A stretch of DNA of 64,000 nt from Mytilus trossulus (taxonomy: Eukaryota), in assembly GCF_036588685.1 (NCBI RefSeq), contig NC_086380.1, positions 15,562,001 to 15,626,000 on the forward strand, in the 5' to 3' direction. Of the stretch, positions 11,996 to 21,716 are shown piece by piece. Numbering within the stretch: the stretch's first letter is position 1; each line of letters starts with the position of its first letter. Below the pieces are notes generated by a model. It was not told the origin of the DNA and did not search any database. It saw nothing but the letters and a program-made list of their open reading frames with translations. The position numbers and the translations under genes are program-made.

Positions 11996-12480
11996 TAATT
12001 AAATTATTTGAAGGTTCGATGGTTTTACACGGATCCCATCGTGATTTCCGATCTTTAAGCACAATGTTACCATAAAATTTAGGATGTGAAATACCGATTT
12101 TAATAATAAAATGGACAATGGAAATGGGTATTGAGTTTCCCTTTAGAAACTGAAATATCTCAAGCTAGAAAAGGACAACTACTGCTTTTTATGTTAGATT
12201 TAGTTAAAGTAAGTTTCTTTGGGTACATTTTGGTACTATATCTACAGAACTCTGTTAAAAATAGCAGACTGAACATGTTTCTTACCTTAGATATAAATCA
12301 GCGCACATTAAATGAATGTAGCATAAAGTCGTTATAAACAGTCTGAGAATGTCATAACTTTGTGTAATGACAAAGTATAGGGGTCAACAGAATGATGTAT
12401 CTTAAATGTTCACAACTATGTTTAGTTATGTTTTGTTTATTAATAACAAAATTAATGTAAGTACCAGTACAACAACAATT

Positions 12481-12772
12481 AATAGTTATCAAAAGTACCA
12501 GGATTATAATTTAATACGCCAGACGCGCGTTTCGTCTAAATAAGACTCATTGGTGACGCTCAGATCAAAACAGTTAAAAGCCAAACAAATGTTGAAGAGC
12601 ATTGAGATCGACCCAAAATTCCAAAAAGTTGTGCCAAATACGGCCAAGGTAATGTACTTCTGGAGGTAAGAAAATCCTTAGTTTTTTTAAAAATTCAAAG
12701 TTTTGTTAACAGAAAATTTACAAAAATTACCATATAATTCATATTCATGTCAACACCGAAGTGCTAACTTCT
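12481..12772 (-). mobile_element. Family A hammerhead-bearing repeat; ribozyme at 12516-12559 is core-mutated (CCAAUGA)
   Basis: Minus strand GCGTCA-CCAATGA-GTCT tattt AGAC-GAAA-C GCGC G-TC-TGGCGT. Paralogue of the intact copy at 26441. Confidence 0.8.
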
Positions 12773-13026
12773 AGATTTGTTTATAGTCTGCTTGAATCAA
12801 ATAGTTTTTTAGCAAGGGCAGATGATCATAAACTCAGTCAGCAATCCATAACTTCTATAAATGATTAAATTTCATCAAATATACCAGGCTGACAATTTGG
12901 TATGGCATGATTAATGTAGATTAAAACTTAAAACTTCTTACTTTTTGGTTTAATTACGGTTTATTATATTGTGTTCATCCTTCGCGATGTTTATTTAACA
13001 GGTACCTAATATAACATATTCTGTTA

Positions 13027-13280
13027 GGGAGCTACCATTTGATTTTTATGGGGGGGGGGGGGGGGGAATAGGATGAAATTTGAAAAAAAAACCCATGCAG
13101 GACAGAATTTTGAGTTAAAAAAAAGCAGGATGAGTAACATGGCAAGAATAAAAAGGCAGGATGACAATTGTTGTAAAAAAGTCAGGATAAGCTAAGAAAA
13201 AAAAAGGCAGGACCGAATAGACTTAAAAATAAAAGGCAGGACAGAGATTTCAACTAAAAAAAAAGGCAGGACAAAAGTTT
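13027..13280. mobile_element. Truncated PIF/Harbinger-like MITE (one TIR) at the duplication breakpoint
   Basis: TTA followed by GGGAGCTACCATTTGATTTTTATG(G)n, related to the TIRs at 32154 and 38119. Internal AAAAGGCAGGA sub-repeats; no right TIR. Confidence 0.65.
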
Positions 13281-14269
13281 AACAGAACACAAAAACATCT
13301 TCTATCTACGAACACATTGATTGATTTTAGTGTCTGACGTCAGAATTTTTTAATACGTCACATCAATTTGTCGTTCAAAGTGCATACAAACAGTTTTAAA
13401 ATTTTTATAGGCAATGAAGGCATACAGGGTTAAAAAATTAAAAGTATGTAAGAATAAATTACAGAAATAGACCGAGATTCAAACTAGTCCAAAAGTTATA
13501 GGTAGAATTTATGAGAATCCAAAAATAGTTAATTCCACTACGCGATTGAATTATTTTGACGTTTGTGGTTCAACGTATATAGTAATTCATAATAGAAATA
13601 TATCATAATGGCATATAATAGACCAATAAAAGGAATAAAGGAATCTAGTAATGTATGATAATTATTTTAATACCGATATAAAACTATCAGTTATTTAGAG
13701 TGAATTTCAAGTCCCTAGTTTTTGGAAACCTAAGTGTGTTTACATGTTTAGTCGTTCCAATAACTATGATCGTACCGTCTACATTGATGTTATCCCATTA
13801 GATTTCTTACATGTTAATAAAAAATAGTTAATCCGATAATAGCCTCTAAAAGGCTACAACATTTTCAGTTCATACATAAACAATATAGGAGATGCCATTA
13901 CAAGGAGGATTGTGATAAGGGGAATATTATTATATTTAAAGGCGCACAATTCTACATAAAGCAGATAACCAAAAGGCCGTGTCTATAGCATTATACATAT
14001 ATGCATAACAGATCCACTTCTTTATGAATTTGGAAGCAAATTGAGAAATAGGCAGATTATAAATAATGGCTAACAAGAAGGCCATCAAAATTATTCCTTT
14101 ATCAAATTGCATTGAAGTAAGGATTATGAATTTGTTTTTTGATGTGCGCTCACAGACAATTTTTCTCTAGGTTTGCAAATAATTCACTAACATAATTATA
14201 TGCAACGTGCATCGAAGAAGGCGAAGGTCCAAAACTGTTAGTAACAACATAAACTGTTACCACTTAACT

Positions 14270-15810
14270 ACGACAACAGAGCATTTTGACGATATCTGTC
14301 GTTTCAGTGATACTTGAAGCAAAAAGTATTTAATCAAAAACCTAATGCAAACGGTGGAGAACTGATAAAAACCAAAAAGGATCTAAAAGTATAATCTGAT
14401 TTTTACTTATAGAGCTAGGTATACATCACCCTTATAATCAATCACCTACATTGGTGATCATTAGTGATAACATTTATAAACAGCCTTGGTCAAGTTTGGT
14501 GTATATTCCTGAGGCAAAATATAATCAAGGTTTAATTCAGTAAGAGATAAATAAATGACCACATCTGCGGTTAGAGGGTCAGAGTTGTTTAAAGGACACG
14601 GTTATAGTATGTTTTACAAGCGTATTTATGTTTATGTTTCACAAACATCAATGGTACATACTTATATAAGTTTTTCATTTGATTTTTAACTGTATTTCAA
14701 TAAGATTTATATGTGGTTTACAATTGATAATTTTCATTTAAATATATATTGAAATACCGATGAAGATGTTATATGATTTCGTGCAATTCATACAGCTACT
14801 CACTCTAAACCAAATGACGCTAGATGTAAAAAAATAAATAAACTATAGGTCACCATACGGCATTCAACAATGAGCTAAATACATACAGTAAACATAAGAT
14901 GTCGCTAATATGACAAATCCTAAAATCTTTCAGATGAGTAAACCAACAACTTAATTTATGTCAAAAGCTCAAACGAAAAACCAACTAGACAGCAACTAGA
15001 CAACTACTAGAAAACAACAGAACAACAGGTTCCTGACTTGAGATAGGCATCTGAAGCATGTGGCGCTTTTAAACATGTTTGAGAGTAACAAGTCTAGATC
15101 AACATAATGGTATACCGTACAAAATATCAGCTGGAAAAGGCTTGGCCCATTGAACGACTCAACGCACTCACTAAAACTAACAAAAAAAATTTAATCTCAG
15201 ATACATGAAGTTAAATTCAGTTGTATTATTGACTTTTAACTAGCTGTTGGTAATTGCGATTTCTCTTAGATCTTTACGTAAAGTGTCTTGTTGTGAGATG
15301 TATATATACGCTGCCTCGATATGTCTGTGTTTTCAAAAGATTTTTATAATTGAATTGATTAATATTTTTCATGTCCCGGTCATTTATAGCCGATTATACA
15401 GTATGCGTTTAACTAATTGTTGAAGGCCGTACAGCTGCATTTAACTGTTTACAATAACTTCATTTGCACCCAATCATGCTACATCTCCTATTTTTTATAA
15501 ACACACTGAGTATGGATGCAAGTAATGGAAAACTAGTTCAAGGCCAATTACAACTAATAACTAAAGCATGTTTCTCAGCCGCAAATATATATCAGTATAC
15601 ATTCAATGTAAGCGTTGAATCTATTAGTCAGGGACCGAGGATCAACACCTCAGTCATTAATCCATAATTTCTATAAATGATTAATTTTCATCAACAAAAC
15701 CAGGCTAGCAGTTTGGTACGGCAGAATTAAAGTAGAATGCAACTTAAGTTAATTGCTCACTTTCGGTTTAAATTCGTTTATACTTTTGTATATAAAGTGT
15801 TCCTCCTTCG
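14270..15810 (+). repeat. Older, diverged third copy of the local duplicated unit
   Basis: 14340-15080 matches 10070-10740 (and 8400-8710). 15525-15810 matches 10850-10900 joined to 12830-12990, without the gag/retrozyme insert. Confidence 0.75.
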
Positions 15811-16263
15811 CGATTTTCAATGCTTCAATGTTAATAAATATTTCTTTTTTTTAAACCTGAATTTATCAAAAATAAAATATTTACATACCGGTCAAAAACA
15901 TGAAATATTCACTACATGGCGTGTTTTCAGTGCAGCTAACCCATCGTCCAACCCATCATTATTTGTAAGGAGAATGAAAATAAGTTTCATTTATTTGTAT
16001 ACTGACTATTTATGGGTTTTTTCTGTAGATATTTCAACAAAGCAACGGACAGTATATAACTGAGACTATCTATATATGTTTGTTTAATCAATTTAGGAAA
16101 TTTAGCTGCACTAGCGAGCTGATCTTGGAATGATATGGGGTTTTCGATTAATGTATACTAGCAAAAGTGTAGTGGACAATGTTAACAACAATGTAAAAGC
16201 CTTCCATAAGTTAAACTATATAGTACAGAATATCAATTTGGCTTTTTTACTGTTTTTATTTGA

Positions 16264-16307
16264 ACGCTTTTGATGAGTCATTTGCAGACGAAACGCCCGT
16301 ATGGCGC
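16264..16307 (+). ncRNA. Hammerhead ribozyme motif, family A-like, degenerate
   Basis: ACGCTT-TTGATGA-GTC atttgca GAC-GAAA-C gccc G-TA-TGGCGC: C3U change and weakened stem I. Confidence 0.6.
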
Positions 16308-17420
16308 ACACAATTTTTGTGTTGGCATCTATTATGATTTTATTAACGAAAAACACAAATGGTATTGGCAACCAACGAAAACCATCGTTAGCATACTTTT
16401 TTGCTTCGGATTGTCACAAAACAAAATGTTGCGGGGTTTGTTGTCTGCAAAATCGGTTGACTTGGATGAATAATTGAATTTTTTTATTGCCCCATGAAAA
16501 AGGGTAAGTGGGGAAAGTGTAAGGGTTAGGCTTGGCCTTGATTTAAAATGATACATTCATCTGACCATTTTTCAATAATGGGGATGGGATTTACATGTTT
16601 AACGAGCCTATTCCTAATACATTAACGAAATGTTCACTAAATTGATATATCTTAAAGAATTTCTTATAGTTGGGTTTAGATTTTGTCCGTTCATCATTTT
16701 CCAAAACCCAAAGTAAGAAGATTATAATTGGAAACTAAACCAGTTATAAAAGAAAGAAAAACAACAATAAAAACTGCTTACAAAACACTGCAAAAAAGTT
16801 ATTGATTACCACAAAAGAGCACAACTAGATGATCGAAATTGAACATATGTGCTAAAACAGGGCCAATACTTCCCATTTTACTACTCTGGTTACAACTGTT
16901 AAAATCCATAGATAAATCATAAATGTTACTAAGGCACGAGACAGAGGCGTATTTGAAGTTCTTTCAATCATTATGTATTGTCAAACTTTATTATAAGAAT
17001 TAAAATCAAAATCAGATCAAACTCAAGCGTTCTTATTGTGAAAGCACTTAAGGAATACCTTCTCAAGTCCTATCATATTGAATTATTTTTGTACTTTTGT
17101 TGTTTCATCCATTTGGACAATTAACAGCCCTTTCTAAACAAAATAACCTCAGCCCTACATTGAATGAAATCCTGAATCTGCACAAGAACTTGTTCTATAT
17201 TCCAGTACCCTTGGGGCATTTTGAAAATCCATTTTCTCAATCTAAATCTAGCGATATTAAAAACTGTTGCCTAAGTATGGCCTTTGTTATATTACATCTA
17301 TTTTTAGAACTGAAAATCCCTTTTCTATTTTATATATTCGTTTCTTGAAAATGATATTGATACATTTTGAAGGAGAACAAGGTATTACTTTCATTATTCC
17401 CATAAGGTTTACATGTAAAT

Positions 17421-18614
17421 ATGGATAATACAATGTTGGATACATTTTATAAAAATAATATTAAATTGACAAAAGACGAAACAAAGGACATTCTTGATTT
17501 TGTCAAACCTAAAATCGATTATATTGTTCAGTACATTCATGAGAGGGACAAGCGGTTCAAACTTCGCCCATTGAATGTCGGGAGTTACTATTCCCGTCTT
17601 AAAGTATCTCGGGCAGACGAGTTTGATTATAGTGTAGTGTTAGATTCAGGACCATATTTGGTTTGGACAACCCAGACACCGGCTTTTTCTGCATGTGATA
17701 CAATCCTTGGAAATACGGAGGTGGTTAGAACATCAAGTTCACTGCCGTCAGCACCCGTTGGGAAATGCGTTACTAAACTTTCAAGAAGTATACCACAGTG
17801 GAATAAAAAACGTATGAATGAAGGATCTGACTGCTTGACAATTGGCGATCACATTATTCCGATGAAAGTGAAAAAAAGATTTCAAGCACTCGTCATTGAA
17901 GCTATTAAACAACCACTTATAAGTCGATATGTTGATGCAAAGAGATCATCCGGATCACCTGCCGTTACATTGACTATAGCTGATCCCGATGCTGATGATG
18001 TAGAACCAATAAGTGTAGACCTTGCACCTCTTATTGAAGCACACCTTCCATTCAAACCAGAGTTTAATTGGCCTAGACCACAGGCCAGATGGCCTTCTAG
18101 TACACAGATTAAAGATATACAAGATGAAGGAATACACTTGGTTGCTAAAGATCCTGAATATTGGACTTTATCATTCGTCACATGTGAAAAAAAATTGTTA
18201 GAAAGCACGGAAACAACGGGAACATGCCGAAATAAAAGTCATCGAATAATGAAAAAACTCTGTGAAATTTGGTGTCCAGAAGGAACAAAACAGGTTCTCA
18301 ACTCGTACCATATCAAAAACATTTATTTCTGGGAATGTGAATATCATCCGGATGACTGGGAGTGGACTAAAAAACAGCTAGCCGTCAGGGTTGAGTCTAT
18401 GTGTGATTTGCTTATTAAATATATAGATGATAGGAACCTTCCTGTTTATTTCCACACAGGGATCAATTTGTTTAAAAACTACTTGACGGACCAACAAGTG
18501 TTTGACAATGTTCAAAAGGAAATTCGTACTTTTTGGGAAAACCCAGAGGACTATCTTAGGGACTACATGGAAGAGGAAGAGGAAGAAGAAGAAGATGATG
18601 ATGATTTTTACTGA
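17421..18614 (+). CDS. cGAS-like receptor (cGLR/Mab-21 family nucleotidyltransferase), 397 aa, acidic C-terminal tail
   Basis: Single ORF with NVGSYY activation loop, DEFD metal-binding acids, SVDL third acid, W-LSF..EK, SYHIKN..FW, LP-YF...NLF. Ends EEEEEEEEDDDDFY. Confidence 0.93.
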   Translation: MDNTMLDTFYKNNIKLTKDETKDILDFVKPKIDYIVQYIHERDKRFKLRPLNVGSYYSRLKVSRADEFDYSVVLDSGPYLVWTTQTPAFSACDTILGNTEVVRTSSSLPSAPVGKCVTKLSRSIPQWNKKRMNEGSDCLTIGDHIIPMKVKKRFQALVIEAIKQPLISRYVDAKRSSGSPAVTLTIADPDADDVEPISVDLAPLIEAHLPFKPEFNWPRPQARWPSSTQIKDIQDEGIHLVAKDPEYWTLSFVTCEKKLLESTETTGTCRNKSHRIMKKLCEIWCPEGTKQVLNSYHIKNIYFWECEYHPDDWEWTKKQLAVRVESMCDLLIKYIDDRNLPVYFHTGINLFKNYLTDQQVFDNVQKEIRTFWENPEDYLRDYMEEEEEEEEDDDDFY

Positions 18615-19174
18615 GTACATAATATATAGATCCAGACCTGCTAAAAATGTTAGATTGACATAAGTTCTCAGAACAAAGGAACGCTTAGAACAGATGTTCC
18701 TGTGTAAATCAATGTTAACTATGCTTTAATCTAATCAAATATCAATAATATGTAACCTTCTATAAAGTCATATAAAACCAAGTCCTCTGAGTCTTATTAT
18801 TACTCCTTCATTGTAATTAAACATGACAGGTGGCCAAAAGGATGTAAAATCCTTAGTAGGAACGAATTTACAATTCCATTGCAAAAAATAAAACGTCCAA
18901 AACGACAACCAACAGTCAACAAAATAGAACAAAGAACAATAAAAACCGAGGAACAAAAACCCTATCAAAATCCGTGGGTTGTCACAGGTGATCCAGAAGG
19001 GTAAAAGATATTTCTCCACATGTTAAGACTGTCATGTTGCGTCTAGTGCGAACCTAATGATATATCTTGTTCGTGAGGCCGAATTCGATGAAAAATGGAC
19101 TGGATTGTAGTTTTTGCAACTACAGCATATCTGTTGTCGTAAGTGAAACGGATATTCTAAAGAAAGGTAATAAT

Positions 19175-19532
19175 TCATAAAATTGAGAATGGAAATGGGG
19201 AATGTGTCAAAGAGACAACAACCCGAACAAATAAAAAAACAACAGCAGAAGGTCACCAACAGGTCTTCAATGTAGCGAGAAATTCCCGCACCCGGAGGCG
19301 TCCTTCAGCTGGCCCCTGACAAATATATACTAGTTCAGTGATAGTGAACGCCATACTTATTTCCAAATTGTACACAAGAAACTAAAATTAAAATAATACA
19401 AGACTAACAAAGGCCAGAGGCTCCTGACTTGGGACAGGCGCAAAAATGCGGCGGGGTTAAACATGTTTGTGAGATCTCAACCCTCCCCCTATACCTCTAA
19501 CCAATGTAGAAAAGTAAACGCATAACAATACG
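19175..19532. mobile_element. Interspersed repeat between the convergent cGLRs
   Basis: AATTGAGAATGGAAATGGGGAATGTGTCAAAGAGACAACAACCCGA head, also seen at ~7872 (+) and ~51290-51376 (-). Confidence 0.6.
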
Positions 19533-19911
19533 ACTTTATGATAGCATATATTTCTTTTTAGCGAAAATAAAATAAATTTAAAAGTATGCAGTATGAGTAT
19601 AACCTCGCTGAATTATCATTTATGCGACGTTATGAGCCACAAAACTGTTTCCACACATGGTACGCTCCCGTGATATCGATAACTATATCTCTATTCTTAA
19701 CAATGAATCATTGCAAATTTAACAATGGATTCCATTTATTGTTGGTAGATCGATTCATTTGAAATAGAAGATAAAATATATAGAATAAAGATATAAGTAT
19801 TTATTACAATTTGAAAGTTAATTTGCTTAAATATCAGGGAAACGTCTTCTAGGTCTTGAGTGTTCATTTGCCACAACTCTTTAACTACTTTTTGAAATGT
19901 AAAGTTTATGG

Positions 19912-21078
19912 TCAATAATGCCTCTGCAAGTAACTAACAGGATCCCGCAAAAATTTTTGAATGTTTCTAGCAACTTGATTAAGAACGTCAATGTCCTTTG
20001 TAGAAAATAAATTCACTCGAGGATGAAAATATTGAGGTACATTTTCTTCCCGTATACATTTAAGCAAGCGGTCACACATTGACCTGAGTCTAGTGGCCAG
20101 TTTATCATCAGACCATTCATAATCATGTGAGTGGTCCTCACACTCCCAAAAGAGGATATTCTTCAAATGGTAAGATGTCAAGTCTTGCTTCATTCCTTCT
20201 GGACACCATGCTTCTTTTAGCTTTTTCATGATCCTTTGTGATTTTTTCCGACAAGTTCCATTGGCATCAATACCTTCCAACAATTCCTTTTCACAGCTTG
20301 CATAAGAATATGTCCAATAAAATGGATCTTTTGCAATATCATGAAATCCCATAGACTTTAATTTCTCGACTTTTTCATTAGAAGGCCACTGTGTTTCTTG
20401 TCTTGGCCACATGAAACTCTCTTCAAAAGGCGTGCATGATTCTATCAAAGGCGTTAAATCAACACTTACAGAATCGCCTGCAATTTGTGGATGAGTAATT
20501 CTGAGCGTTGTCGCTGGTGAATCTGATAATCTTTTAGCATCAACATATTTGCGAATATGTGGTCGATTTACTGCTTCGCCAACAAGTGATTTGAATCTGC
20601 GTTTAACCTTAATTGGTATAATGTCAACATCAATTGTAAGACATGCTGGGCCGTCATTAATCCCCTCTCTATTCCATTTAGGTATGGTATTTGAAAGATA
20701 TATAAAACCTTTCCCGACTGGTGGGTCTGGTAATGTTAAACCTTTTCTGACTACTTCATTGTTCTCGTCGAATCCATAACTATGAGAAGAGCTTTTACTG
20801 CTCCAAACAAGATGTGGTGTATCCAAAACAACACTAAAATCGAATTCATCAGCTCTCGACACTTTTAGGTGTGTATAATAGCTTCCAACATTCAATGGTT
20901 GACATTTGAATCGTCGGTCCTGGCTATGTACATACTGCAGGATATCCTCGACAATAGGCATAACTACCTTAATGTTTTGTCTTGTCTCGTCTCTTATCAT
21001 TTTCACATGATCATCATAAAACCTATTCAGAAGTGTGTTGTCCATTATTCCACTACCACTAGTAGGATAGTTTGACAT
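19912..21078 (-). CDS. cGAS-like receptor (cGLR/Mab-21 family nucleotidyltransferase), 377-388 aa
   Basis: Single intact ORF. First ATG at 21078 (MSNYPT); the paralogue-conserved ATG (MDNTLL) is at 21045. Motifs GSYY, DEFD, SVDL, SYHLKNILFW, VPQYFHPRVNLF. Confidence 0.94.
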   Translation of the reverse strand: MSNYPTSGSGIMDNTLLNRFYDDHVKMIRDETRQNIKVVMPIVEDILQYVHSQDRRFKCQPLNVGSYYTHLKVSRADEFDFSVVLDTPHLVWSSKSSSHSYGFDENNEVVRKGLTLPDPPVGKGFIYLSNTIPKWNREGINDGPACLTIDVDIIPIKVKRRFKSLVGEAVNRPHIRKYVDAKRLSDSPATTLRITHPQIAGDSVSVDLTPLIESCTPFEESFMWPRQETQWPSNEKVEKLKSMGFHDIAKDPFYWTYSYASCEKELLEGIDANGTCRKKSQRIMKKLKEAWCPEGMKQDLTSYHLKNILFWECEDHSHDYEWSDDKLATRLRSMCDRLLKCIREENVPQYFHPRVNLFSTKDIDVLNQVARNIQKFLRDPVSYLQRHY

Positions 21079-21483
21079 TCGGTTTAGCAGTTCAGTTGTG
21101 GTAAGAATAGATTTAAACACGAAGAAATTTCCAGTCTATATTTAGATTAAAAAAATTACAGGTACTATATTTACCTATTGTATATTTTCAGAAAATCAGC
21201 TAAATTTATTTGCATTCATTTCATTTCTATATAACATAGTACAAAAGTTTAGTTCGCAATAATTGTTGAGCTTTTCTTGAGAAAGTTCAGAAAATCAAAA
21301 CTACTAAACGAATTGATATATGAATACTTACAAAAATAAATAAAGACCTGGATCTTTGTTATAAAGAAGAGTTTGGGATCGAGATCGTTCCAGTTCAAGT
21401 AAGATCAAAGTGTTAGTAAAAGTTCGAATTGGGATGAAAGTTATGATCAGATTTTAAATTTGAGTATAACATCGGATCTAAGT

Positions 21484-21716
21484 AATAGTTATCAAAGGTA
21501 CCAGGATTATAATTTAGTACGCCAGACGCGCGTTTCGTCTACATAAGACTCATCAGTGAGTTTCATATCAAAATATTTCTAAAGCCAAACAGGTACAAAA
21601 CTTTTGTAAACAGGGAAATTTATAAAAATGACCATTTATTGATATGCATGTCAACACCGAAGTGTGGACTATTAGGCTGGTGATACCCTCGGGGACGAAA
21701 CGTCCACCAGCAGTGG
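21484..21716 (-). mobile_element. Family A hammerhead-bearing repeat (ribozyme 21519-21560, intact core, shortened stem I), internally deleted
   Basis: Minus strand TCA-CTGATGA-GTCT tatgt AGAC-GAAA-C GCGC G-TC-TGGCGT. Lies ~400 bp upstream of, and on the same strand as, the minus-strand cGLR. Confidence 0.8.

Larger units (their letters stand above)
7926..13026 (+). repeat. Segmental duplication copy 1 (paralogous to 21813-26955)
   Basis: Continuous high-identity colinear match from TCCATTAC(G/A)AGTTTTACAACTCG to ACCTAATATAACATATTCTGTTA, with copy-specific indels. Confidence 0.95.

Noticed and set aside
17882-21075. Antisense ORFs overlapping the cGLR genes
   Set aside because: Short shadow frames of the coding strand with no recognisable motifs.
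27-21120. Bacterial CBASS/CD-NTase operon or contamination
   Set aside because: No operonic effectors; the proteins have the Mab-21 C-lobe of animal cGLRs; neighbouring genes have GT-AG introns and animal repeats.
21079-21120. N-terminal extension of the cGLR ORF in the track (also 975-986 and 57185-57226)
   Set aside because: These start at GTG/TTG codons; eukaryotic ATG starts lie downstream.
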